Shown: in pieces, positions 11,869 to 24,246 of the stretch
How the letters are laid out: every line of letters begins with the position of its first letter
Position numbering within the stretch: the stretch's first letter is position 1
Assembly: GCF_006345805.1 (NCBI RefSeq)
Contig: NC_043013.1
Span: 7,440,001-7,504,000 of the forward strand
Direction of reading: 5' to 3'
Source of the DNA: Octopus sinensis
Taxonomy: Eukaryota
Length of the DNA: 64,000 nucleotides
The notes under the pieces: model-generated
The model's database searches: none
Told to the model about the DNA's origin: nothing
Seen by the model: only the letters and a program-made list of their open reading frames with translations
Translations under genes and position numbers: made by a program

Positions 11869-12821
11869 TCTCAATGCGCCAGCATGCCACTAACACAATC
11901 TTTCGTCTTGCTTATCCACAGCGAATGCACAGGATCTCAACGCCAGACTCATTTAACCTCTGCACTTTGTTTCAAGGCTCTTTACACTGCACGCACACTT
12001 CTGTCAGAAGTTTTTCCTAATTTTGAACGTCCTCCAATTTTCGCAGAGCGCACATTCCAGCAATTTTTCTGGTAATCAATCATTTACTTTCGAAAAATTA
12101 TTTTGAGAGAGAGTGATGTACCGAACAGTTACCAAATACCTAAGCCAAGATTCGAAATCAAACCCGCAATTTCAAACAAGTCACCTGCCTATTGTTTTTG
12201 CTTTTTGCACTAAGCGATTCATGAGAATAAGCTGACCTCTTGGATCCTTTCGAGTTATTCATAGGTTAAACTTGATACAGAGGAGAAATCCCTTTGTTCT
12301 AGCTTGACCTAATTTAATTACGAAAAATATAAATACGAACTCTCTCTTTTGGCCGACCCGTCTCTAGCCAAAGAGCAAACCTTTCAGTATGCTGATCAAC
12401 GCGTGAGCGTAGATTTATCACCCTTTCTATTTACCTAGACTTTATTACACTGTCTATTTAGTAGCAACCCACTGATGAAACTTACCATACATAATGGGCG
12501 ATGGAGTTAGAGACAGCTTGTTTACTGCAACAACAAGCAAGCTGTGTATACAAACATGTCGATGACATACTAAATTATATCAATAAATAACCGTTTTAAT
12601 GTTCCATTGATATTGTTCTTCAATCATTCATTTCTTTGATGCTTCGATACATATCGTTATACATACACATTATTAATTAATGGCCCACCGTTATAAATTC
12701 GTTACACACCTTTAGCTATCATGTCACGAGTTTTCTCCATAGCTTCTTCACGACCTGCTGGAATAGCATTCTTCCTGGTATATTTACATACTATGGTGTA
12801 AAAAAAAAATGAAAAAAAACT

Positions 12822-12979
12822 AGGAGTGGCTGTGTGGTAAGTAGCTTGCTTACGAACCACATGGTTCCGGGTTCAGTCCCACTGCGTGGTGCCTTGGGCA
12901 AGTGTCTTCTAATATAGCCTCGGGCCGACCAAAGCCTTGTGAGTGGATTTGGTAGACGGAAACTAAATGGAGCCCGTCG

Positions 12980-13020
<41 letters not shown>

Positions 13021-13445
13021 TTGTGTGTCAGTGTTTGTACCCCCATCATCGCTTCAAAACCGATGGTGGTTTGTTTATGCCCCCGTAACTTAGCGGCTCG
13101 GCAAAAGAGACTGATAGAATAAGTACTAGGCTTACAAAGAATAAGTCCTGGGGTCGATTTGCTAGACTTAAAGGCGGTACTCCAGCATAGCCGCAGTCAA
13201 AATAACTGAAACAAGTAAAAGAGTAAACGAATATGTATGTGTCTGTGTTTGTCCCCCCAACATCGCTTGACAACCTATGCTGGTGTGTTTACGTCCCCGT
13301 AACTTAGCGGTTCAGCAAAAGAGACTGATAGAATAAGTACTAGGCTTACAAAGAATAAGTCCTGGGGTCGATACGCTCGACCAAAGGCGATGCTCCAGCA
13401 TGGCCGCAGTCAAAATGACTAAAACAAGTAAAAGAGTAAAGAAAT
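12822..13445 (+). mobile_element. SINE family A with a duplicated 3' module
   Basis: AGGAGTGGCTGTGTGGTAAG head, (TA)n(TG)n linker and two tandem tail modules ending AACAAGTAAAAGAG. Confidence 0.85.
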
Positions 13446-13711
13446 AAAAATTAGGCGTTACCCATTTTGCCCCACTTTAGTCATCAGTTTTGGAATATTA
13501 AAATAGTATCATTAGTGTGTGTGTGGGGGGGGATCCAACAGAAAAAATCACGATAATTGTTAAACACCAAAAATTATCCAGATATTCAATTACATCAATT
13601 ACAATCGGATCAAAGTTGAGGAAAGATTTCGCGAAAAAAAAACCAGAAGTACCTATCAGCTATGTTTCAAGCTCTCTTTCTACTACAACAAAACATACGC
13701 TGACCAATTCT

Positions 13712-14123
13712 GGATCTTTTCGGTTTGAACGGCAGTTTTTCTAGCGGTGTCATATGAAATTGTCACCCATAATTATGACCCTAGTATCGATCTATTGCAT
13801 TTCAATCTGTTTTAGGGTTAGGGTTTTGGGGAAAGGGTATCTTTTTTTCTTCAGAAATGTAAATAAACTCAATCTGTTTCTTAAACGAGGGACATATTCA
13901 TACGGCACAGAATGTTTTCACCTCAATAGACGTCATTGATTGGTTGAAATTGCAGAAATTGAAGGAAAAAAAACAACAAATGTCTTACAAACTATAGAAT
14001 TTTCTCAATAAAGCCAAGAGAAAAAGATATTTTATAAACACATTCTACCAGTATACAAAGTTTAAAAGTGTTTAGTTACGTGGAAATTATTTTAAAAAAC
14101 TGCCGTTCAAACCGAAAAGATCG
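13712..14123. mobile_element. MITE (GGATCTTTTCGGTTTGAACGGCAG TIR family; 8-bp TSD, hAT- or MULE-like)
   Basis: ~30-bp TIRs; TSD CCAATTCT/CCAATTTT. Absent from the paralogous inverted arm near 16470. Confidence 0.85.
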
Positions 14124-14657
14124 CCAATTTTTCTTGCAAAGATGATACAGCAGTACAAAATGACGATGCCAAACTTGCAATGTAATGGTTTCAAACAGGA
14201 TAAAAAAACAATGACGAATCAGATATTACCCGTTTTGTCCCCTACTACCACGACCACGACCACCGCTACACAAGTACAGCCAGAAATGAAAGTAGAATTT
14301 TATTTCCAAGTCAAACAAAAGAAGTGGACAATGATTGCTTTCTTCTGGTGAGGCAAAACACGTAGCCGAATCTATTTTTATTTACAAATTACGCACAACA
14401 ACACGCGCGCAGGCATATAATTGTATGCATATGTATAAGCACTGTTGTTTAGTTTCACTTGAAACAACGTCACAATTTTTCCCACGAATTTTTACTAAAT
14501 TGCACAGAGAGGCCCACTATATCATTCAGTCTTTCTTTTATTTCTCTTTCTCACCCCACCTCCCACCTCATTCATCATTCATTATACATAGGCGCAGGAG
14601 TGGCTGTGTGGTAAGTAGCTTGCTTACCAACCACATGGTTCCGGGTTCAGTCCCACT

Positions 14658-15456
14658 GAACACGGATGACCCCTGTGCAAGGACAATCCGAACACAGACA
14701 GGTGTTGCAAAGAGTGACTGGTAGAGCAGAAATGGCGCAAGACCAGGGTATCATTGCCGAGGTGTTCCGCGAACCAGTCAGCCAAGTGGCGTCCCATTTG
14801 CCCAATGTATAGAGAAGGGCAATGAGAGCAGGAGATGCAGCAGATGACGTTGATCGAAGCGAAGGTGAAGAAGTCGGTGATATAGGATCGATGATGGGTG
14901 CCGGTGACGAGGGTGGTGTTGGAGAGGTAAGGGCAAGTGCGGACGCGTGGGCGGGAGCAGGGGAACGAGCCGGGTTGGGAAGTTGGTTAGGGAAGAAGCT
15001 GTGGACCAAGAGGTCCCGTAGGTTGTGGACTCGTTTGAAGGAGGGGAGGGGTCGGTTAGGGAAGATGTGTGAAATGGAGGGGTCGGACTGGAGTCGCCGG
15101 AACGCTCGGAGAATGGTGCGTTGGAGAGGTAGGGTGGTGGGGTGGTAAGTGAGGGGAAACGGGAGACGGCGGGGCGGGGGCGGGGGGAGAGAGCAGATGC
15201 ACGATCCACGGAACGTGCTCTGGCGGTGTGGATAGTGGTGAGGGGATATCCACATAGGATGAAGTGGTGAGCCATGAGTTGAGACAGAGTCTCAAAGTCA
15301 TGATCGTCACTGCAGAGCCTGCGTAGACGGAGGAATTGGAAATAGGGGATGGAGAGCTCGGCGTGTTTAGGGTGGGAGGAGGAGAAGTTGAGGTATGAGT
15401 GTGAGTCTGTGTGTTTGTAGTGGATGGAGGTGGTGAGAGTGGAGTGATAATGCTGA
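14658..15456 (-). mobile_element. Penelope-like retroelement fragment (RT C-terminus plus GIY-YIG endonuclease), frameshifted
   Basis: HYKHTDSHSYLNFSSSHPKHAELSIPYFQFLRLRRLCSDD is typical of the Penelope RT C-terminal region. Further downstream a GIY-YIG-like segment reads NVICCISCSHCPSLYIGQMGRHLADWFAEH. Confidence 0.85.
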
Positions 15457-15585
15457 CCCAAATGTTAAGAAATTATATATATAATGAGTGACCACTGAAA
15501 TTTGCTAAGATGAGGAAAAGAGAAAAGAGACTGAATGAAATAACGAAGCAGAATTTGATGTGACAATCTTTCAGTGTTTCTATAC

Positions 15586-15818
15586 CTATTTCTTTACTAC
15601 CCACAAGGGGCTAAACACAGAGGGGACAAACAAGGACAGACAAACGGATTAAGTCGATTATATCGACCCCAGTGCGTAACTGGTACTTAATTTATCGACC
15701 CCATAAGGATGAAAGGCAAAGTCGACCTCGGCGGAATTTGAACTCAGAACGTAACGGTAGACGAAATACGGCTACGCATTTCGCCCGGCGTGCTAACGTT
15801 TCTACCAGCTCGCCGCCT
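15586..15818 (-). mobile_element. SINE family B, full length
   Basis: Antisense head GGCGGCGAGCTGGTAGAAACGTTAGCACG through to the tail. Confidence 0.8.
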
Positions 15819-16069
15819 ACCGCACATACACAGTTGTTACTCCATTACAGCTTTCAGTGTTTCTACATCTCTTTTTCTTGATTAATCCTTGTTCTACTCT
15901 AATAGGATCGCGGTTGGAATTGTCTGCTCTCCTACATTGTTCTGGGAATTAACCCGGGCCTCTCTGCACAATTCAGTGAAAATTCGTTGGAAAATTGCGC
16001 CGTTGTTTCCAGCGAAACAAAACAGTGCTTACACTTATAAATACATACATATGCATACATTTATGCATG

Positions 16070-16101
<32 letters not shown>

Positions 16102-16107
16102 TGTATG

Positions 16108-16139
<32 letters not shown>

Positions 16140-16772
16140 TGTATGTATGTATGTATGTATGTATGTGTAAATAAAAAAAAAGATCCGGCCTCGTGTTTTG
16201 CCTGACCGGAAGAAGGCAATCATTGTCCTTTTATTTCGTTTGACTTGGAATATAAACACAATCTGACGTAAAAATCTACTTACATTTCTGAATGTACTTG
16301 TATTATAATAGTGACGGTAGCTGTGGTGTTGGTGGGGATGTTTGCAAAATGGCTAAATGGAGCAAAAATATGTCATTTCTGATTCCTCGTTATGTTCTGC
16401 CTTCCGTTGAATTGCAGATATTACATCATTTTGTACTGTTGCATCAGCCTTGGGAAAAAGGCTGGCCAGCATAGTTGTTATTGAAGCTATGAGAGCTTGA
16501 AACGTAATGAGCTGATAGGTAGCTTTTTTTTTTCTCTCATGAAATCTTTCCTCAATTTTGATCCGATTGTATTAATAATTGAGGTTGCTTATGAAATATC
16601 TGGATAATTTTTGGTGCTTAACAATTAATATTCCTTTTTCTGATGGATGCCAAGTGAGTTTTTAACCACACAATCTGATTTGATACTTTTCGTTCGATAT
16701 TCCAAAAATGCTCTCTAAAGTGGGGGCAAAATGGGTAACGACTAATTTAAATAATTACTTTTCTTTGATAGC

Positions 16773-17060
16773 ATGGTGAGTAAATATATCAGGAAGAAAG
16801 CTACTCCAGCAGATTTTGAAGAAGCTATGGAGAACGCTTATCGCACGATAGCTAAATGTGCATTATGCTATTTTGCTGCAACCTCAACTAATGTCTCGTA
16901 TGAGACTTCGAAGACGAGTCGATGGTATCAGCCAATCTGAGCGAATTGGTAGGGGTCGTTTTGTTAGTGTGCTTTCAAAGAAAGAGAAGGAAGATTTAGT
17001 TAATGCACTTTTGCTTCCATCTAGGTTAGGTTGGTCACATAGGATACAGAAAATTTGCAC
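16773..17060 (+). pseudogene. Degenerate pogo/Tigger-like transposase N-terminus (pipsqueak-type HTH); inverted relic at ~12600-12795
   Basis: MVSKYIRKK...FEEAMENAY...NVSYET, then after a frameshift LRRRVDG...GRGRFVSVLSKKEKEDLVNAL. Preceded by the TIR-like TAAAGTGGGGGCAAAATGGG. Confidence 0.55.
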
Positions 17061-17587
17061 AAGGTGAAGTCTTTACGACAGAATATGTACTTATTATTAA
17101 AACTATCAGGTTGTAATAAAAGTTCTGTCCGTTATTTTAAGTAAATATCTAATTAGATTTAAAAGTGTTTAACTTCTCAGTTGTGTTTGAAAAACGACGA
17201 AATCATTAATATACACTTTTCTATCATTTTCTTCCAGATTTTGTCAATTTTAACTCAGAACGTAACGGCGGAATTTGAACTCAGAACGTAACGACAGACG
17301 AAATAAGGCTACGCATTTCGCCCGGCGTGTTAACGATTCTGCCAGCTCACCGCCTTAGAAAGCCTGTATATAACAAAATTCCGAAGACTCAGCAACTCTC
17401 TCTCTCTCTCTCTCTTTCACACACACACACACAGGTTGTAGAAAAATGATGCACATGAGCCTAAATAGAACAATTTTCACCTGAGCAACATTTTAAATCG
17501 CCGAGTGTGCAAAACGATTTGAAAGGTAGTCAATCGCATGACTATGTCTAAGCGAATGAAACAAACAAGAACAATCGACCGTAAATA

Positions 17588-17987
17588 TCTTTATATATAA
17601 AAGTGAGGTTGTGTGTCTGTCTCCTACGATTTAGATTCCTAACCACTCCTACATTTTGCGGTGCAGTTTAACCAAAACCGGATATCTTATAGTCGTGATT
17701 CATATCGAGTCCTTCTGTGTATTAGCGCGCGTCTACGATGAGTCTACGATTTAAAAAAAAATTTACCATCATTTTTTTCCATTTTAATGCATTTTTTTCG
17801 CTATTATATAAGGGAAGTAACTCTCTAAAAATGTCTACGATGAGTCAACGATTTAAAAAAAAATTTACCATCATTTCTTTTTCCATTTTTAATGCATTTT
17901 TTTGCTATTTTTTGGCTATAACTCTCTAAATATGCTTATATAGTTATTTCCCTTACAAACCCGAGCAACGCCGGGTGATGCTGCTAG
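17588..17987 (+). mobile_element. Non-autonomous Helitron
   Basis: A|TCTTTATATATAAAAG...CCCGAGCAACGCCGGG...CTAG|T. Confidence 0.9.
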
Positions 17988-18444
17988 TATCACATAAAGA
18001 AAAATCGACCTTAAATATATCGCATGAAGAAAATATGAAATATCTTAGAACAAGTTGCGGGACATCTGGATGTTTCAGTAACGAGTCACCTCTGTCAGGC
18101 GCTGATGAACTCAAGATAGTTACAAGCCTGACAGTACAATCCCTACGAATTACTCGTATATAAAACTGATCAAAAAACGGATATAAATGTGTGCATTTTC
18201 CTTAATCCGTTTTTAACGAACGACGATCCAATCATTCTGCGAGGATGCTGGAATACTTGTCATACTTCACTATATCCTTTACTGAAGTGGTATCATCAAC
18301 GGGCAATTATGAATTTTTATAATAATAATAATAAAGCAAAACACCACTGTAAATGAAAAAAATCAAAACGGAAATACAAAAACTAAAGAAAGCAAAACAA
18401 AATCGCAATGAAACAATAAAAGCTAAGCTTGCAAATCAACCCCA

Positions 18445-18760
18445 GAAATTAATCTTTGTAAGCCTAGTACTTATTCTATCGGTCTCTTTTGCCAAACCGC
18501 TAAGTTACGGGGATTTAAACACACCAGCATCGGTTGTCAAGCGATGTTGGGGAGACAAACACAGACACACAAATACACACATATATATACATATATTCAA
18601 CGGGCTTCTTTTCAGTTTCCATCTACCAAATCCACTCACAAGGCTTTGGTCGGCCCGAGGCTATAGTAGAAGACACTTGCCCAAGGTGTCACGCAGAGGG
18701 ACTGAACCCGGAACCATGTGGTTGGTAAGCAAACTACTTACCACACAGCCACTCCTACAC
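18445..18760 (-). mobile_element. SINE family A
   Basis: Reverse complement of the family A head and tail. Confidence 0.8.
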
Positions 18761-18779
18761 CTATATGGGGAAAAAGTAC

Positions 18780-19050
18780 CAGTAAAATGTAGTGTGTGGA
18801 ATTTGGGATGAAACAATGGGACACATTGTTCAAGAATGTCCCAAAATGGCTCAGGGAGAACACAAGAAATACAGACATGACCAAGTTGTGAAAGTTTTGC
18901 ACTGGAAGCTTTGTCAGAAATAGGAATTTGAAGCTGGAAATACGTACTTGGCATGGGCATCAGGTTGGAAGAGTTCTTGAATAAGAGAAATGCAAGAGTT
19001 TATGGGATTTTCGTATTCCAATGGAAAGCAATAAAACCAAATGAAAATGA
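18780..19050 (+). mobile_element. RLE-type (R4/Dong-like) non-LTR retrotransposon relic, zinc-knuckle region; similar relic at ~44000-44220
   Basis: Fragmentary reading HIVQECPKMAQ...RHDQVVKVLHWKLCQK, the CCHC/RHD region of restriction-endonuclease-type LINEs. Confidence 0.55.
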
Positions 19051-19216
19051 TAAACAGGAGTGGCTGTGTGGTAAGAAGCTTGCTTACCAACCACATGGTC
19101 TTGGGTTCAATCCCACTGCGTGGCACCTTGTAATCTTCTATTACAGCCTCGGGCTGACCAAAGCCTTTTGAGTGGATTTTGTAGATGGAAATTGAAAGAA
19201 GCCTGTTGTATATATA

Positions 19217-19972
19217 CGAGGGACGTTCAATAAGTAATGCCCCTGACCCATTTGCAGTTGTTTGATCTAGCTGAAATTTTGCACGTGCAATCATTTATAT
19301 CTCTATAGAGTAAGTAACAAATTACAGCTCTAAACTAATTGTGGTTTCTGATTTACAGGTGTTTGAACTGAGACAAGTGTGAAATGGAGCCTGTTGAGTG
19401 TCGAGGCAAGGGTGCAGCCCTCCGCTGGCAAGGTCATGCTCACAGTCTTCTGGGACCAGGACGGAGTAGTGATGACAGATTTCCTGGCAAAGGGTACCAC
19501 AATTACAGGAGCCTATTATGCTTCAATTTTGAGGAAATTAAGAGAAGTTATCAAAATCAACAGGCGGGGCAAGATCAGCAAAGGCATCCTCCTCCTGCAA
19601 GACAACGCTCCGGTCCACAACTCGCTTGTCGCCAGATCAGAAGCACAGGCGTATGGCTATGAACTCCTCCCCCATACCCCTACTTTCCTGACCTTGCACC
19701 CTCTGATTTTCACCTCTTCCCAGTCATGAAGTTGTTTTTGAAAGGAAAGCGTTTCCCAGACGATGCAGCCTTGATTTCTGAAGTCACGTTCAGGTTGGAG
19801 GACCAAGCTGGGGTCTTCTACAAAAACGGTCTCCAGAGCTGCATCAAACGATGGTAGAAATGCGTAACTCTGGATGGTTCCTATGTAGAAAAAGACTAAT
19901 AACTGTGCCAAGTTTCGTTGCTCTACTGCTATAGGAAGTGGGTCAGGGGCATTACTTATTGAACGCCCCTCG
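19217..19972 (+). mobile_element. Internally deleted mariner transposon
   Basis: TA|CGAGGGACGTTCAATAAGTAATGCCCCTGACCCA...TGGGTCAGGGGCATTACTTATTGAACGCCCCTCG|TA TIRs. Transposase motifs AGKVMLTVFWD, LLQDNAPVH and (frameshifted) PDLAPSDFHLF. Confidence 0.95.
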
Positions 19973-20143
19973 TATATATATATATATATATATACAATAA
20001 TATGTTACATTACTCGATAGTCAAGATAAAACTCAGAGTTTTATCTTGACTACCGAGTAATGTAACATTATTGTATAGATAAATTTCCTCTATTTACATA
20101 ATATTGAGGTCTCTTTCTTTCTTTTGTTATCTTACCGTTTTAT

Positions 20144-20202
<59 letters not shown>

Positions 20203-20463
20203 ATCCAAACAAGAAAGCACAAAAAAACACAACAACGCGAGGACGTGGAACAAATATAGTATTATTGGACGTTCAGGAAAGAAGAAAAATATATATATAT
20301 ATATGTATATATATAACTACAATAAGAGGTTTTCAAATAGGGAAGCGTTGTGCTTTCGTTTTTTGTGTTAGGCCACTGGTAATAATTTATTATTACCCTA
20401 TTTTATTATATGCATATATATATATGCATATATATATGAATAGCTCGGTTTTATAATGCCTGT

Positions 20464-20760
20464 TAGGTGGTCAGTCCAGCGTAGTGTGACGTCACCAACG
20501 TTTTGACCAATCGTTTCGTTAGGTGGCTTTAGTCAAGCAGAACGGGACGTCATCATCATTTTGACCAATCGCTGTATTATAACTGCCTCTTGTCTGTTTC
20601 CTGTTTTGACGAGTCGCTTCGTTAGTCAAGCAGAACGGGACGTCATCCAGATTCTGCCCAATCACGACTTATAGCTACATTAAATCTGCCCCCTGTCTGT
20701 ACTTGTTAGGTGACAAGTCAAGCAGAAAAGGACGTCATCAATATTCTGACTAATGACTGT
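20464..20760 (+). repeat. Four degenerate ~50-bp repeats, each with GACGTCA and CCAAT-like motifs
   Basis: AGTCAAGCAGAACGGGACGTCATC...TGACCAATC-like units at ~20464, 20520, 20622 and 20707. Confidence 0.7.
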
Positions 20761-20828
20761 CCCCTGTTTGTATCCTGTCCATTCTTGCAGAATGTATATA
20801 TACATGTATATATATATATATATTATAT

Positions 20829-20908
<80 letters not shown>

Positions 20909-21284
20909 ATATATATATGTGTACATATATGTATGTGTGTGTTTGTTATTTGTGTCTGTGTTTGTCCACCTAACATCGCTTGATAACCGATGTTGGTGTG
21001 TTTACATACCAGTCACATAGCGGTTTGGCAAAAGAGACCGATAGAATAAGTATTAGGCTTACAAAGAATAAGTCCTGGGGTTGTGAGTAATGATATGGAC
21101 AAATGATTGAAGGAGATTAAAGTGGAATATCCTGTTGAGCTTCTTAGGAACAAGAAAGATTATCAGAGTATTTCTGAGGACTTGAAAGACTATTGAAAGC
21201 TTTTGAATATCTAAGGTAACATGCAGTGAACTGATACCCACATAAATTCTACCGGGAACAAGACCAAACTTGCATCAAACCAAA

Positions 21285-21321
21285 TAATAACAACAACAAC
21301 AACGACGACGACGACGACAAC

Positions 21322-21367
<46 letters not shown>

Positions 21368-21564
21368 TAATAATAATAATAACGATAATAATAATAATAA
21401 CAATAATAATAATAATAATAAAATAATAAAATAATAATAATAATAAAAATAATAATAATAATAAAAATAATAATAATAATAAATAATAATATAATAATAA
21501 TAATAATAACATAATAATAATAATAATAATATAATAAAATAATAATAATAATAAAATAATAAAA

Positions 21565-21601
<37 letters not shown>

Positions 21602-21620
21602 CAATAATAAAAATAAAAAT

Positions 21621-21710
<90 letters not shown>
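21285..21710 (+). repeat. (AAT)n microsatellite
   Basis: Direct inspection. Confidence 0.95.
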
Positions 21711-22020
21711 GTAAAACACCACTGTAAATGAAAAAAATTAAAACGGAAATACAAAAAAACTAAAGAAAGCAAAAAAAAATCGCAATGAAACAATAAAAGC
21801 TAAGCTTGGATCAAAAGTGAAAGTAGTTGATACCCTGAATTGCTTATAAGTTACGTCTTATTTAAAGTCCGTTCTTAGTGAGTTCACTGCATTCGGAAAC
21901 TTCAGCAATAAGAGGTGATAGTTTCGACTAGTCTTTACTTTACCACACAAGAGGAAAAAATAACACACTTAGAAAGAAAAGAAAAAACAACAGCAAACAG
22001 CAAATAATAGGTAAGTAAAT

Positions 22021-22977
22021 GGATCTTTTCGGTTTGAACGGCAGTTTTTTCTAGCGGTGTCATATGAAATTGTCAATCATAATTATGACCCTAGTATCGA
22101 TCTATTGCATTTCAATGTTTTAGGGTTAGGGTTGGGGGAAGGGTATCTTTTTTTCAGCGATGTTTCGCTTGTCGTAGCACAAGTTTCCGTCGATTTCCGT
22201 AAAAAACTTTTATTTTTTTACATAAGTAATGAGAGCGAAAGAGACTAAGAGGAAGCGATTTTATGACGAGGAAATTTCTCTTTGAAGTCCCCGTGTGTGT
22301 GTTTGATGGGGTGTGGGAGACAGACAGTATGTTGTGTAAGTGAAGTGCTTCTGTTAGTGTGTGCGAAGAGACAGAGAGAGTAATGTGTGAAAGAGAGAGA
22401 TAACTGAAATTTTTTACTCGGTGTATGTGTATATGTATGTCTGCATGTATGTGTGTGTGTATCTTTCTATGTATGTGTGTGTGTGTATGTATGTGTGTGT
22501 GTATGTATCTATGTATGTGTGTGTATGTATGAGTGTGTATGTATGTGTGTATGTATGTATGTATGTATGTATGTATGTATGTATGTATGGCCGATTCAGT
22601 GTTTACATTTTTTACGGAAATCGACGGAGGAAATCGACAATCGACGGAGTAAATCGACGGAAACGTGTGCTTCGACAAGCGAAACATCGCCTTTTTTTCT
22701 TCACAACTGTAAATAAACCTAATCTGTTTCTTAAACGAGGGACATATTCATATGGCACAGAATGTTTTCACCTCAATAGACGTCATTGATCGGTTGAAAT
22801 TGCAGAAATTGAAGAAGAAAAAAACAACAAATATCTTACAAACTATGGAATTTTCTCAATAAAGCCAAGAGAAAAAGATGTTTTATGTAACACATTCTAC
22901 CAGTATACGAAGTTTAAAAGTGTTTAGTTAGGTGGAAATTATTTTTTAAAAAACTGCCGGTCAAACCGAAAAGATCC
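22021..22977. mobile_element. MITE (GGATCTTTTCGG TIR family) carrying a nested MITE at 22156-22691
   Basis: Outer TSD AAGTAAAT (22013-22020 and 22978-22985). The inner element has (G/A)GCGATGTTTCGCTTGTCG TIRs and an 8-bp TSD TTTTTTTC. Confidence 0.9.
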
Positions 22978-23271
22978 AAGTAAATTTCATTGTCATCCTC
23001 TCGTCTTCATCATTATCGTCTTCATCATTGATGCTGTCGTTGTTGTAGTTGTTGTCAGAGTCAGTTAAGGCCTAGGCGGCTATCTTTCGTTTTGCATCGG
23101 AAGAACGTGAAACATAAAGCGTTCGGTAATTTCCGTAAAAAAAATTTTATTTATTTCTTTTTGTAGGTGTTTAAAGTGCATTTCCTTTGATCTCACGATG
23201 ATAACAGAGTGTATATGTCGTGAGTGTGAGACAGAAAGTGTGTGTTGTATGTGTACATATGTGTGAAAGAC

Positions 23272-23319
<48 letters not shown>

Positions 23320-23411
23320 GTGTTGCTGTGTGTGTGTGAGGGAGGAAGTAGCAGCACATTTTTTTTACTTATTTTTTCTCACACCTTTTTTGGGGTGTGT
23401 GAGTGATTGAC

Positions 23412-23484
<73 letters not shown>

Positions 23485-23683
23485 TGTGTTGAAGGAAAAG
23501 TAGAAAGCTGTTGACTATGTATAGTGTCCATCATCCCAAAGCTGATATTAACTGGTTGTACTTGAAGAGAGACCAGAGTGGAAAAGGCTTAAATCCTTAA
23601 ATCTATTATAGCCTCAGGCTGACCAAAGCCTTTTGAGTGGATTTTGTAGAAATAAATTGAAAGAAGCCTGTTGTGTATATATA

Positions 23684-24197
23684 CTAGCAGTATCGCCCGG
23701 CGTTGCTCGGGTTTGTAAGGGAAATAACTATATAAGCATTTTTAGAGAGTTACTTCCTTTATAGATGCCAATTCGGGCTTTCTTAGCCATTTCTGTTTCG
23801 GTGTCTTCAAGCCATGAAGTCGTTGTTCTAAAACAACGCTGGTCTCCTTGACAACGCATTACGACGTTGATTTCCTTACACTCCCTTCCCCACAGCTTCA
23901 CGAGGGAGCGAAGAAGGGGGAGAAGCAAACACAGGTGCAGCTGTGACCATGGACGCCAACTCCGCCGCCATCGACACACGAAAAATTATGCATTAAAATG
24001 GAATAAAAAATGATATTAAATTATTTTTAAAATCGTTGACTCATCGTAGACGCGCACTAATAGCCAGACGGGCTCGATATTAATCACGACTATAAGATAC
24101 CCGAATTTGGTTAAACTGCACCGCAAAATGTGGGAGGAGTTAGGAATCTAAATCGTAGGAGACAGACACTCACACAACTACAGTTTTATATATATAG

Positions 24198-24198
<1 letters not shown>
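23684..24198 (-). mobile_element. Non-autonomous Helitron (array unit 1 copy, longer internal variant)
   Basis: Same termini as 17588-17987 (TC...hairpin-CTAG) with a different ~220-bp internal segment. Confidence 0.85.

Positions 24199-24246
<48 letters not shown>

Noticed and set aside
11449-17987. The two oppositely oriented Helitrons as part of the inverted duplication
   Set aside because: Their flanks largely do not align and they are far more similar to each other than the duplication arms are, so independent insertions are more likely.
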